A stretch of 64,000 bases of DNA from IMG/VR virus record IMGVR_UViG_3300032318_002198, one strand, 5' to 3'. The notes under the pieces are model-generated. The model saw nothing but the letters and a program-made list of their open reading frames with translations, ran no database searches and was not told the origin of the DNA. The position numbers and the translations under genes were made by a program. Shown here one piece after another: positions 1 to 10,247 of the stretch. The DNA comes from a virus (lineage: Duplodnaviria; Heunggongvirae; Uroviricota; Caudoviricetes). Position 1 is the stretch's first letter. Every line of letters starts with the position of its first letter.

Positions 1-1
1 G

Positions 2-3000
2 CATCGTAACGCAAGTGGCTTTGGTAACTTCTTTGCTGGCGGATGTGCTGGCGTGTGTAACACAATAGGCTCTAATAATACCTTCATCGGCCAATCCGCC
101 GGATTTTGTAATACAAGTGGCGCCGGTAACTTCTTTGCTGGTTCGTCTGCCGGAAGAAATAATACAACCGGCTCTAATAACTTCTTTGCTGGTTCGTCTG
201 CCGGAAGAAATAATACAACCGGCTCTGATAACTTCTTTGCTGGATTGTGTGCCGGCCACCGAAACTCAACTGGCAATAGCAACAACTTCTTTGGTTCTTA
301 TGCTGGATTCTGTAACACAATCGGCTCTAATAACTTCTTTGCCGGATCCCGTGCTGGATTCTGTAACACAACTGGCAACGGCAACAACTTCGTTGGTCGT
401 TGTGCTGGTTGCAATAACACAACCGGAAGCAACAACAACTTTATCGGTTCCTCTGCTGGTAGCGGTAACACAACTGGCAGTTACAACACCTTCATCGGTC
501 AGAGTGCTGGCCTAAACAACAGATTTGGTTCTCACAACCACTTCTTTGGCCGATATGCTGGATATTGTAACACTACTGGCTCTAATAACTTGTTCTTTGG
601 TCGTTATGCTGGTTTCCGCAACACAACTGGCTGTAATAACTTCTTTGCTGGTGCATGTGCCGGATATTCTAACACCACTGGCAATGGTAACTTCTTTGCT
701 GGATTCTGTGCTGGAGCGTGTAATACATCAGGTAATAATAACTTCTTTGCCGGTATATGTGCCGGAAGAAGTAATACAACCGGCGATTACAACCATTTCT
801 TTGGTTCTTGTGCCGGTTTTTGTAATACAACTGGTTCTCACAATGTTTTTATTGGGGCGTTAGCAGGTTGCAATAACAGAGAATCTCATAACTTCTTTGT
901 TGGACATTGTGCGGGATTCTGTAACATTACAGGTACCAATAATATTTTCATTGGCAGGTTCGCAGGCTTTTCTAACCGAACCGGCTGTGGTAACTTCTTT
1001 GCCGGATTCTGTGCTGGATTCAGTAACACAACTGGCAGTTACAACACCTTCATCGGTCAGAGTGCTGGTCGTTATAGCATGACCGGAATAAATAACACCT
1101 TTATTGGTGCATTTGCCGGTCGAGATAACAGGGGAATTAATAACACCTTTATTGGTAATGCTGCCGGTGTCGTTAACACCGCCGGTTCTAACAACAACTT
1201 CATTGGTTTTTGTGCCGGATATAATAATACAACCGGAAGCTACAATAACTTCTTTGGTTTCAATACTGGTCGTAGTAACACGACCGGATCTCATAACTTA
1301 TTCGCTGGATTGTGTGCCGGACGCTATAACAACGACGGTTCTAACAATACATTCGTCGGCCAAAATGCAGGAAGAAGTAACACAGACGGAAATAACAATA
1401 CCTTCGTCGGTTCATTGGCTGGGTGCTCCAATACAACCGGCTCCGATAACTTCTTTGCTGGTTTATGGGCAGGAAGAAGTAATACAACTGGTTCTAATAA
1501 CTTCTTTGCTGGATCTTGTGCTGGTGCATGTAGCACAATCGGCAGTTACAATACTTTCATCGGAGAGTGCGCCGGGTTTAGTAACACAACCGGCTCTAGT
1601 AACTTCTTTGCTGGATTGTGTGCCGGTGTATGTAACACTACTGGTTCTGATAACAATTTCATTGGTCAGTATGCTGGAATGTGTAATACATCAGGATGCA
1701 GTAATGTCTTTGTTGGATCCAGTGCTGGACGACAAAACACAACCGGCTTCAATAATAACTTTTTTGGTACATCGGCTGGTCGCTACAACACAACAGGTAG
1801 CAATAACACTTTCATCGGAGGGTGCTCTGGCAGGAACAACACCACAGGAAGTCATAATAATTTTATTGGTTTTGGTGCCGGACAGTGTAATACATTCGGG
1901 GGCTGCAATAACTTCCTAGGTCGCTTGGCAGGGTTTCGCAATAATACTGGTAATCATAACTTCTTCGCTGGATTTTGTGCCGGATATAATAATACAACCG
2001 GAAGCTACAATAACTTCTTTGGTTTCAATACTGGTCGTAGTAACACGACCGGATCTCATAACTTATTCGCTGGATTGTGTGCCGGAGCGTTTAACACAAC
2101 AGGTAGTAACAACAACTTCATTGGTCAATTCGCTGGTTTTTTTAATACTACGGGTAATAACAACAACTTCATTGGCACACAAGCGGGCGAGCGCAATGTT
2201 GCAGGTACTCATAATGTTGCCATTGGATTACACGCCTTGCGTTCTAATAGTACATTATCGTCTTTTGGTGCAATTACGGGCGGTTCACTATATCAAAATG
2301 GCACTTATCCCCTCGTAACATTAGAACTGGACAGCGGCGAAGCACCACTAGTATACCCTGTTGTAAATATTACAGTAAGTGGTAACGCAGTTACTGCCGT
2401 TACCCTAGTAACTGGCGGCAGCGGTGTAGTTGCAGGTGCAACATATACTATTGCTGCCTCAACCATCGGCGGAACTGGTCTTGGATTTAGTGTTGCCTCG
2501 GGTACTATTTTAAGCGGAAGTTTTAATTTTGTTGTGGGGCAATGCGCCGGGTACTTCGCTACAACCGGTTCTGATAATACCTTTATCGGTCAATTTGCTG
2601 GGTTTTGTAATACTATCGGCTCTAATAACTTCTTTGCTAGTTCATTTGCCGGAAGAAATAATACTACCGGATCTCATAACTTCTTTACTGGACAATGTGC
2701 CGGATTCTGTAACTCAACTGGTTGCTATAATAACTTTTTCGGTCGTTGTGCCGGATTCTGTAACTCAACTGGTTGCTATAATAACTTTTTCGGTCGTTGT
2801 GCTGGTTATTCGAACACCACTGGCTCTAATAACAACTTTTTCGGTCAACTCACCGGCTGGCAAAATAGTTCCGGCAACTACAATATTTTTATCGGTTGTA
2901 ATACCGGTTTTAGTAATCAAACCGGATCTTATAACAGCTTTTTAGGATCCGGTGCCGGATATAGTAATACAACTGGGTGTTATAATATCTTTGTTGGACA

Positions 3001-3688
3001 AAATGCAGGTAGAGGTAATACTACTGGTCGTAATAATGTTTTTATTGGATGTGCAGCAGGTCGCAATAATACATTTGGCGAAGCCAATAATTTCATCGGT
3101 CGTTATGCAGGACACCGGAATATATCTGGTTGCTATAATAACTTTTTTGGTTGCGGTGCAGGTCGCTGTAATACAACCGGGTCTAATAACTTCTTTGCAG
3201 GATTATGTGCGGGATTCTGCAATAGTACTGGCTCTAATAATTTGTTCTTTGGTTGCAATGCTGGTGTCGGCACTGCTGGTCTTGCTAATATCACAACAGA
3301 AGCCAATAGAATTATTATGGGCAATTCAAGTCATACTTGTGCTCAAATAGCAATTGGATGGACAACAGTTTCGGATTGCAGAGACAAGCACATATTCTGT
3401 AGATTGGATAAAGGCCGTGGATTCTTGGAAGGCATTAAACCGATTGTTTACAGTTTCAAAGATCGCGAAACCAACGTAATTACTGATATCAAGAAGCGTT
3501 ATGGATTTAGCGCACAAGAAATATTAGACCTAGAAGGTAACGAACCAGTGCTGGTCGGGGTAGACAATCCAGATAAACTAGGATTTACATCCGATTATCT
3601 AGTTCCTATTTTGGTTAATGCGGTAAACGAATTGTCTAAAGAGTTAGAACTGTTAAAAAATAGAGTAAAAGATTTAGAAACTAAATAA
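2..3688 (+). CDS. Long repeat-rich tail fibre/adhesin with C-terminal intramolecular chaperone (Peptidase S74-like); 5'-truncated
   Basis: Frame is open from nt 2 (HRNASGFGNFFAGGCAG...). Dozens of ~17-aa repeats NTTGSNNxFxGxxAGxx; C-terminal SDCRDK...LEGIKPIVYSFK...YGFSAQE...LVPILVNAVNEL plus coiled coil, typical of S74 chaperones. Confidence 0.85.
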   Translation, partial: HRNASGFGNFFAGGCAGVCNTIGSNNTFIGQSAGFCNTSGAGNFFAGSSAGRNNTTGSNNFFAGSSAGRNNTTGSDNFFAGLCAGHRNSTGNSNNFFGSYAGFCNTIGSNNFFAGSRAGFCNTTGNGNNFVGRCAGCNNTTGSNNNFIGSSAGSGNTTGSYNTFIGQSAGLNNRFGSHNHFFGRYAGYCNTTGSNNLFFGRYAGFRNTTGCNNFFAGACAGYSNTTGNGNFFAGFCAGACNTSGNNNFFAGICAGRSNTTGDYNHFFGSCAGFCNTTGSHNVFIGALAGCNNRESHNFFVGHCAGFCNITGTNNIFIGRFAGFSNRTGCGNFFAGFCAGFSNTTGSYNTFIGQSAGRYSMTGINNTFIGAFAGRDNRGINNTFIGNAAGVVNTAGSNNNFIGFCAGYNNTTGSYNNFFGFNTGRSNTTGSHNLFAGLCAGRYNNDGSNNTFVGQNAGRSNTDGNNNTFVGSLAGCSNTTGSDNFFAGLWAGRSNTTGSNNFFAGSCAGACSTIGSYNTFIGECAGFSNTTGSSNFFAGLCAGVCNTTGSDNNFIGQYAGMCNTSGCSNVFVGSSAGRQNTTGFNNNFFGTSAGRYNTTGSNNTFIGGCSGRNNTTGSHNNFIGFGAGQCNTFGGCNNFLGRLAGFRNNTGNHNFFAGFCAGYNNTTGSYNNFFGFNTGRSNTTGSHNLFAGLCAGAFNTTGSNNNFIGQFAGFFNTTGNNNNFIGTQAGERNVAGTHNVAIGLHALRSNSTLSSFGAITGGSLYQNGTYPLVTLELDSGEAPLVYPVVNITVSGNAVTAVTLVTGGSGVVAGATYTIAASTIGGTGLGFSVASGTILSGSFNFVVGQCAGYFATTGSDNTFIGQFAGFCNTIGSNNFFASSFAGRNNTTGSHNFFTGQCAGFCNSTGCYNNFFGRCAGFCNSTGCYNNFFGRCAGYSNTTGSNNNFFGQLTGWQNSSGNYNIFIGCNTGFSNQTGSYNSFLGSGAGYSNTTGCYNIFVGQNAGRGNTTGRNNVFIGCAAGRNNTFGEANNFIGRYAGHRNISGCYNNFFGCGAGRCNTTGSNNFFAGLCAGFCNSTGSNNLFFGCNAGVGTAGLANITTEANRIIMGNSSHTCAQIAIGWTTVSDCRDKHIFCRLDKGRGFLEGIKPIVYSFKDRETNVITDIKKRYGFSAQEILDLEGNEPVLVGVDNPDKLGFTSDYLVPILVNAVNELSKELELLKNRVKDLETK
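1208..2086 (+). repeat. Exact 114-bp duplication within fibre gene (1208-1321 and 1973-2086)
   Basis: Identical nucleotide blocks ttttgtgccggatataat...tgtgtgccgga. Tandem ~51-bp near-exact units also occur near 127-231 and 2696-2800. Confidence 0.9.
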
Positions 3689-3694
3689 AAATCA

Positions 3695-3723
3695 TTGACA
3701 TTTTTATTTTTATCTATTAATAT
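3695..3723 (+). promoter_or_regulatory. Putative sigma70-type promoter for the modification cluster
   Basis: TTGACA-17 nt-TAATAT just upstream of ATG 3730. Confidence 0.5.
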
Positions 3724-3729
3724 TCTATT

Positions 3730-4386
3730 ATGAAACGAGTTCTTATTGCCACACCTTGCCTTGATCAAAAAGTAGATGCTTACTTTGTTCATAGTCTGTG
3801 CGAAAGTATTAAGCTTGGTCTTAAACACGACCTTGATATAAAATGTGTGTTTTTGGCAAACGAAAGCATATTGCCGATGGCTAGAAATGAACTTTTCAAC
3901 CTAGCCTACCACGACAACTATGACATTATGGTTTTTATTGACGATGACGAACAATGGGAACCCGACGCACTAATCGAGGTATTACTGTCTGAAAAAGATG
4001 TTGTTGCTATCCCAGTAGTCAACAAAGGCGACAAAAAAATAGAATTTAATATTTTGTACGATAAAGTTAATCTAGATACGGATGGATTTTTTGAAATCAA
4101 ATCATCCGGCACCGGGTTCCTTAAATTATCGAGAAAAGTTGTAGTAGATTTATATGAGTCAAATACTGAATTGGTGTTTAGAACTAAAAAATTAAGAAAC
4201 ATTTGCGAGTACACATACTTAAATGGTTCATTCGTTGGAGAAGACATAACACTTTGCAGAAAGATAAAAGAATTGGGATATAAAATTTGGGTAAATCCTA
4301 AGTTTACAGTGAATCATATCGGCAATAAAATGTATAAAGGCAATTTTATTGAAAAAATAAATGAACAATCTAACTCTATACTGTAA
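3730..4386 (+). CDS. GT-A fold glycosyltransferase-like protein
   Basis: VLIATP N-terminus, ARN helix, FIDDD (DxD) motif, GTGF and GED motifs. Confidence 0.7.
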   Translation: MKRVLIATPCLDQKVDAYFVHSLCESIKLGLKHDLDIKCVFLANESILPMARNELFNLAYHDNYDIMVFIDDDEQWEPDALIEVLLSEKDVVAIPVVNKGDKKIEFNILYDKVNLDTDGFFEIKSSGTGFLKLSRKVVVDLYESNTELVFRTKKLRNICEYTYLNGSFVGEDITLCRKIKELGYKIWVNPKFTVNHIGNKMYKGNFIEKINEQSNSIL

Positions 4387-5101
4387 CTCACACAACGGTA
4401 AAAAACCATTACATACACAATGTAACCAAATTATCTTAATGAATGGATCATACTTTCTGCCCGAGGAAGTAAAAAAACATTGCATAGAGCAGAATTATAT
4501 ATTAGATGACACCGACACAAACCTATCTCATTTAAATCATTATTTGGGCGACCTGACTGGTTTGTATTGGATATGGAAAAATACCGATCATGAATTTGTT
4601 GGCACTAATCAATATCGTAGATTTTATGACGATGACGAATTAAAAAATATTGATCTAAACGAAAATAACCTATATGTATCTGAATTTTTAAAATTTGATG
4701 TAGATGTTTGGAGCCAATACATTAACAGTCATGGTGCAATAGGTCTCAAAATACTCACTAAAGCAGCAAAACTTAAAAAAATAGCAATCACTGAAAACAT
4801 GATCAATGAATTTTATAAGATTAACTTATTGTCGACTTGTAATTCTTTTTTCTCACACCGGTCATTGTTTGATAAAACTTGTGAAATTTTATTTGAAATG
4901 ATTTTTGAATTATACAATGGTATGAAATATGCGTTGGATTTTGTTCAATTGGGTATTCATACCGGCAGAAGTTTTAATGAAAAAAGACTACTAGCATTTT
5001 TGGCCGAAAGAATGTTAACTGTGATGTATTACAACTCCGATTACTTTTATAACAAAAATATAAACATTGTACCAATAAAATATAAATTAATAAATGAATA
5101 A
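4361..5101 (+). CDS. DUF4422-like putative glycosyltransferase
   Basis: LYWIWKN...FVGTNQYRRF and AFLAER motifs resemble DUF4422 proteins. Confidence 0.55.
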   Translation: MNNLTLYCNSHNGKKPLHTQCNQIILMNGSYFLPEEVKKHCIEQNYILDDTDTNLSHLNHYLGDLTGLYWIWKNTDHEFVGTNQYRRFYDDDELKNIDLNENNLYVSEFLKFDVDVWSQYINSHGAIGLKILTKAAKLKKIAITENMINEFYKINLLSTCNSFFSHRSLFDKTCEILFEMIFELYNGMKYALDFVQLGIHTGRSFNEKRLLAFLAERMLTVMYYNSDYFYNKNINIVPIKYKLINE

Positions 5102-5831
5102 TACAATCGATATTATTATTCCTACGATGTGGAGAGAAGAAAATCTAGTTACATACCTTAAAAACTATGTAGATAGTCAATATATTGGCAAAATTATTGT
5201 AATAGATAATGACTACATAAAAAGGCCAAAGTCTTTAATTTTTCAAAATAAAAAAATAGATATAGTAAATTACGGGCGTAATCTATATGTTAATCCTTCT
5301 TGGAACGAAGGTTATTATAGAAGCAACGCAGATATTCTTTGCATTTTAAATGACGATATTTGTGTAGATAATGATGTGTTTAGATTTATGTCATCTTTGT
5401 ATTTTACAGACATAGACATAATAGGAGTTCACTTAAAAGGCAGTGTCGATAACTTTCATATTATAGAACATCCTGACAAAAAAGAGGAACTGATTAGACT
5501 AAACTTAAATAGACATGAGCCCATTGGCGGACAAAGTTATGCGTTCGGCGTATGCATGTTTATAAAAAGAAGTGCATACAAAGTTATACCCAGTCTGTAT
5601 CAAATTTGGTACGGAGACGATTATTTGATACAACGTAACAAAAACATTTATGCATTAAAGACTAGCAAGATCACTGGAGAGATATCAAAAACTATAGTGG
5701 CATTTGATAAAAACACTGATATTCAAAAAAGAATTATACTAGATTCAAAAAATGCATATAGATTTAATCATTTTTTAAATTCTAAAAATTGGGACCTAGT
5801 AAAACAATATAACAAAAGGCAAATAAATTGA
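5094..5831 (+). CDS. GT2-like glycosyltransferase
   Basis: DIIIPT, IIVIDN, ILNDDI (DxD-like), WYGDD. Confidence 0.7.
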   Translation: MNNTIDIIIPTMWREENLVTYLKNYVDSQYIGKIIVIDNDYIKRPKSLIFQNKKIDIVNYGRNLYVNPSWNEGYYRSNADILCILNDDICVDNDVFRFMSSLYFTDIDIIGVHLKGSVDNFHIIEHPDKKEELIRLNLNRHEPIGGQSYAFGVCMFIKRSAYKVIPSLYQIWYGDDYLIQRNKNIYALKTSKITGEISKTIVAFDKNTDIQKRIILDSKNAYRFNHFLNSKNWDLVKQYNKRQIN

Positions 5832-6727
5832 AATATAGCATTTTTCACCTGCAAGGCGGCATAGGTAAACATGTTGCTGCAACTGCGGTTGCACAGGCAA
5901 TAGCAAACAACCACCCTGATCGTAAACTAATAGTAGTGTGTGCATACCCAGACATATTCATCAATTTAGATTTTGTTTATAGATGTTTTCAATTGGGCAA
6001 TACTAGTTACTTTTATCAAAACTATGTACAAGACAAAGACTCTATCATATTTCACCACGAGCCTTACTATACAACCAATCACATTCACAAACGAAAACTG
6101 CTAATTGAAAATTGGTGCGAAATGTACGGTCTTAAGTACAATGGCGAAAAACCAATTATCAAATTCAATAAGTTGCAATACGATGTTGCTAAACGATTTT
6201 GGAGAAAAAATAAACCCATTATGGTATTGCATACTAATGGCGGCGTAATGACTACCGATGCAAAACCCTATGCATGGACAAGAGACATGCCAGAAAATAT
6301 AGCACAGGCATTAGTAGATCACTATAAAAAAGACTACCATATATATCAGATTACAAAAATAAATTCTCCAAAATTAACAGGAGCCGATCACGTGTTTGCG
6401 ACACCGCAGCAATCATTATCATTAATGGAACTTTTTAGTATACTGTTGCATAGTAGCAAGAGAGTATTAATAGATAGTTGTATGCAGCATGCAGCGGCAG
6501 CATTAAAGAAACCCAGCACTGTGTTATGGAACGGAACTAGTCCTAAGGTTTTTGGATACAACCTTCATGAGAATATTTGCACTAGTGTTCCTTATGATTT
6601 TAAATTACCAAATAGTTATTTGTTTGATTTTGATTTTAATGGAAATGAAACAGAATACCCTTTCACAGAAGATGTAAATCTTTTTAACATAGATGCTATA
6701 ATAGAATCTATAAATAAACAGCAATAA
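5828..6727 (+). CDS. GT-B fold, GT9 (heptosyltransferase)-like protein
   Basis: GGIGKHVAATAV N-terminal motif and IDSCMQHAAAALKKPSTVLW, matching the GT9 DSGxxHxAAAxxxP motif. Confidence 0.6.
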   Translation: MKYSIFHLQGGIGKHVAATAVAQAIANNHPDRKLIVVCAYPDIFINLDFVYRCFQLGNTSYFYQNYVQDKDSIIFHHEPYYTTNHIHKRKLLIENWCEMYGLKYNGEKPIIKFNKLQYDVAKRFWRKNKPIMVLHTNGGVMTTDAKPYAWTRDMPENIAQALVDHYKKDYHIYQITKINSPKLTGADHVFATPQQSLSLMELFSILLHSSKRVLIDSCMQHAAAALKKPSTVLWNGTSPKVFGYNLHENICTSVPYDFKLPNSYLFDFDFNGNETEYPFTEDVNLFNIDAIIESINKQQ

Positions 6728-6739
6728 AGGAAACCTAAA

Positions 6740-7711
6740 ATGAAAGAAATGATACGAGATATTATCAGAGAAGAAATAATGCGCAATGCATCCAAAACAT
6801 ATTATTTTATGGCTGGCTTGCCGAGGTCGGGTAGTACACTGCTTTCGTCATTGCTGAATCAGAATCCTAGATTTCATTCCGGTCCGAGCAGTCCGGTTGT
6901 ACCGACCATTGTGGCATTAGAGCAATCGTTGTCCAATGATGAATTATACCTGGCATACCCAAAGCCTGCACAAGGCGCGAAGATAATATCGAGTGTATTA
7001 GAAAACTGGTACAGTGATGTAGATAAGCCTGTAATATTTGACAAGAATAGATCATGGGTTAATAGATTACATTATATTCCGGGTTACTTTGGAATTCAAC
7101 CAAAAGTATTATATCCGGTCCGCGATATTTCCGAAATATTGGCATCGTTTATTAGTATGTACCATAGGAATCCTTATAAGGGAGAAGGCCGAATTCCTTT
7201 CTTAGATGAAATGCTGATAAAAGGTAATATTCCATTAAGTGACGACAACCGTTGTGAAGCATTATGCAAACCAATGGGTATAGTTGGTGCCAGTTATAAC
7301 GGATTAAAACAAGTCTATACCGAAGGAAAAGAAAGTCAGTTACACATTATTGAGTATAATGACTTGATTTCTAACCCAGAAGAAACTATGAAGAAGATTT
7401 ATGACTTCTTGGGAGAAGAATATTATCAACACAACTTTGAAAATATTGAAAATATTCATAAAGAAAAGGATCAAGAAGTATACGGCTTAGCAGACATGCA
7501 TGATGTAAGGAATACTTTAAGTAAAGTTTCTGTAAAGCCCGAAGATATCTTATCTGAAAATATTTTACAAAAATGTAAAGACGCTGAATTCTGGAGAAAC
7601 GTAAAACCATTAACAGATGTTGATCTAGAAAACTTAGAAGAAGCAAACTATTTGGATGATTTTTCTAACCCACCATTTAATGCTTCAAATAACGAAACTC
7701 TAATAGGATAA
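6740..7711 (+). CDS. PAPS-dependent sulfotransferase
   Basis: 5'-PSB motif GLPRSGSTLL, DKNRSW, 3'-PB-like VRDxxExLAS, IEYxDL..PE. Confidence 0.8.
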   Translation: MKEMIRDIIREEIMRNASKTYYFMAGLPRSGSTLLSSLLNQNPRFHSGPSSPVVPTIVALEQSLSNDELYLAYPKPAQGAKIISSVLENWYSDVDKPVIFDKNRSWVNRLHYIPGYFGIQPKVLYPVRDISEILASFISMYHRNPYKGEGRIPFLDEMLIKGNIPLSDDNRCEALCKPMGIVGASYNGLKQVYTEGKESQLHIIEYNDLISNPEETMKKIYDFLGEEYYQHNFENIENIHKEKDQEVYGLADMHDVRNTLSKVSVKPEDILSENILQKCKDAEFWRNVKPLTDVDLENLEEANYLDDFSNPPFNASNNETLIG

Positions 7712-7723
7712 AAGGAGAATAAT

Positions 7724-7987
7724 ATGAATAATGAACCAATGACAATGCAACAAATAGAAAGTACTGTTCGTGCAGCACGTGACAGTGTTTGGGTCGTAAA
7801 TGATCAACTTGCAAAGTTAACAAATGGTGCTGCCTGGACAGATGCACTCAAAGGCAATATTGAAAGAAATGTGGCACATCTAGAAATAGTAATGGCAAAC
7901 CCAGAAATAACAGGTGCAGGATTAGACCTAACAGATTTAACCGCTGCAATAAATGCAGGAAAGCAAGAATTACAAAATCGTCAATAA
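7724..7987 (+). CDS. Hypothetical protein
   Basis: AAGGAG SD; sits in operon context. Confidence 0.6.
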   Translation: MNNEPMTMQQIESTVRAARDSVWVVNDQLAKLTNGAAWTDALKGNIERNVAHLEIVMANPEITGAGLDLTDLTAAINAGKQELQNRQ

Positions 7988-8830
7988 ATGGCTACAAAAA
8001 TATTAGTAATGGGTTTACCTGGTGCAGGCAAAACATATTTTGCTGAAAAATTAAAAAAGTATCTAGAAGAAAATGCGGCCCCTATTCACTCTATGATCCT
8101 TAATGACAACGGGTATAGCAGTGCTAAGGCAGTAGTGAACTGGTTTAACGCAGATGATGTACGTAAAAAGTACAATGATTGGGATTTTTCTAAAGAAGGA
8201 AGAATTAGACAATCATTGAGAATGGCTAAGTTTGCTATAGAATCGCAGGGCGATTATGCTATCTGTGATTTTGTAGCACCCATTCCTGAAATGCGAGAAA
8301 ACTTTGACGCAGATTGGACCATATGGATAGACACTATTCATGAAGGTCGTTATGAAGATACTAATAAGTTGTTTGTAATGCCAGACAAATACGATTTTCG
8401 TATAACTGAGCAGAGCGCAGAAAAATGGGCTAAAACAGTAGGCGATCACATTATTAGTAATCGTCGCAGACCCGTGTTTGACTGGCGTAAAGAAACAGTT
8501 CAAATGCTAGGCCGGTGGCAACCTTGGCATCAAGGACATCGTGCATTGTTTGAAAGACTGTTGCAGAAGACAGGTCAAGTATGCATAATGATACGAGATT
8601 GTCAAGGATGGCAAGGCACAAATCCGTTTGCAATTGAAGAAATTAAAAACTTTATTCGCCGCGATCTTGATCTGTTGTACCAAGGCCAATATGAAATAAT
8701 GGTAGTACCTAATATTGTTCATATCGGCTGGGGAAGAGGCGTGGGTTATACGTCAGGCGAAGAAATATTTGACGATGAAATTACTAAAATATCCGGAACT
8801 GAAATTAGAAAAAGTATGGGGTTAGGTTAA
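7988..8830 (+). CDS. APS-kinase-like P-loop domain fused to HxGH nucleotidyltransferase (PAPS-synthase-like)
   Basis: GLPGAGKT, NADDVRK...DWDFSKEGRIRQ (CysC-like), then GRWQPWHQGH and ISGTEIRK. Confidence 0.7.
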   Translation: MATKILVMGLPGAGKTYFAEKLKKYLEENAAPIHSMILNDNGYSSAKAVVNWFNADDVRKKYNDWDFSKEGRIRQSLRMAKFAIESQGDYAICDFVAPIPEMRENFDADWTIWIDTIHEGRYEDTNKLFVMPDKYDFRITEQSAEKWAKTVGDHIISNRRRPVFDWRKETVQMLGRWQPWHQGHRALFERLLQKTGQVCIMIRDCQGWQGTNPFAIEEIKNFIRRDLDLLYQGQYEIMVVPNIVHIGWGRGVGYTSGEEIFDDEITKISGTEIRKSMGLG

Positions 8831-8847
8831 TTACCTGACAATAATAT

Positions 8848-9552
8848 ATGTATGATGTACCTTTTGTTCATTCGGTTAAGGATGATTTTCTGGACGAATC
8901 TCTAGCAATTGACTTATCAAATGATTTTTTACCTTTCGAAGATTCAAATTGGTTTTGCTATAGCAATCCACTAGAAAACAAAAAAGCCTTGAACAATTGG
9001 TACTTGTTCCCGGAAAAAACTTATAAATTTTTTAGTTTTTTAAATTCCGAAAAGTTTATTAATAAGTTGCAATTAGAATTTAATTTACCAAATCTATATC
9101 CCGATCCTGGATTACACGGTGCTGGTTGGCATATTCACGGCCGTGGCGGAAAATTAAATGTACATTTAGATTATAATATACATCCAAAATTAAAATTACA
9201 GAGAAAATTGAATTTAATTTTATATCTAACTCCCGATTGGAATCCAGCGTGGGGAGGAAATTTAGAATTTTGGTCTCATGATTCATCTAATAATAGCCCG
9301 AAGCAATTAGAAAAGACTATAGATTGTAAGTTTAATCGTGCTGTTATTTTTGACACCACACAAAATTCTTGGCACGGATTTGCTCAAGAAATAACCTGCC
9401 CTCAAAACATTTATAGAAAAAGCATAGCAATGTATTATCTTGTAGATCCATCGTCTGATACAATCGACCGTTATCGAGCACTTTATGCACCCAGGGAAGA
9501 TCAAAAAAATAATATAGAAATTCAAAAATTAATCCAATCTCGAGTAATATAA
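8848..9552 (+). CDS. 2OG-Fe(II) oxygenase
   Basis: HLD...RKLNLILYL...WGGNLE...FNRAVIF...SWHG...R facial-triad pattern. Confidence 0.8.
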   Translation: MYDVPFVHSVKDDFLDESLAIDLSNDFLPFEDSNWFCYSNPLENKKALNNWYLFPEKTYKFFSFLNSEKFINKLQLEFNLPNLYPDPGLHGAGWHIHGRGGKLNVHLDYNIHPKLKLQRKLNLILYLTPDWNPAWGGNLEFWSHDSSNNSPKQLEKTIDCKFNRAVIFDTTQNSWHGFAQEITCPQNIYRKSIAMYYLVDPSSDTIDRYRALYAPREDQKNNIEIQKLIQSRVI

Positions 9553-9553
9553 T

Positions 9554-10237
9554 ATGATCTATTATCCTTTCTTTTCTGATAAAGGAAAAGAAAAAATTAT
9601 AAAAATTATTTTAGATGAACATTATAAAGATGTATTTTCTGATGTTGTTTTGGCAACAGATTCCATTCCTGTTGACATCTCAAAATATAAAAATATTCAT
9701 CATGGATCTAAGATTGTTTTATTATTAGTCGATGTTGTTGACAATTCTTTTGTTCGAAAATACATTGATAAATTATCAACAGCTGACAAAATATGGTCAA
9801 CTGAGCCTAAGATAGTTGATTATTTGTTAGAGAATAATATACAAGCACAGTTTCTTCAAATAAAACATACTCCTCGATTAAAATACGCAAAGAAAAATAA
9901 TAATCCATATTTAGATGTTTTATTTTATGGTTCTCTTGACTTTTACACCACTAGTATTATAAAATTGTTAATAGATAATGGTTTAAAAGTGTTTCAAACA
10001 GATAATTTTGAAATGTTTAATAGTCATATATCAAATGCTAAGATAGTTTTAACATTGTCATCATTTCCTAATATGTATCAAGAACAAACTATAATACAAT
10101 ATTTGATATCTAATAATAAATTTGTGATTTCCGAAAAAAGAACAGTAAATTATTTTCCTGACATAATTGAAAAAGATAGATACGATTTAATACCAGAAAT
10201 TTTGTCAACGTTACAAAAAATTTCCACAAAAAGTTAG
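9554..10237 (+). CDS. Hypothetical, glycosyltransferase-like
   Basis: DVLFYGS...AKIVL...VISE resembles GT-B C-terminal domains. Confidence 0.4.
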   Translation: MIYYPFFSDKGKEKIIKIILDEHYKDVFSDVVLATDSIPVDISKYKNIHHGSKIVLLLVDVVDNSFVRKYIDKLSTADKIWSTEPKIVDYLLENNIQAQFLQIKHTPRLKYAKKNNNPYLDVLFYGSLDFYTTSIIKLLIDNGLKVFQTDNFEMFNSHISNAKIVLTLSSFPNMYQEQTIIQYLISNNKFVISEKRTVNYFPDIIEKDRYDLIPEILSTLQKISTKS

Positions 10238-10247
10238 AAAGAAAAGC

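Noticed and set aside
2-3300. DGR template/variable repeat pair in the AAC-rich fibre
   Set aside because: The duplicated blocks are identical rather than differing at adenines, and no RT is present in the window.
117-3350. Many alternative-frame ORFs inside the fibre gene
   Set aside because: Shadows of the repetitive coding sequence; no SD or independent motifs.
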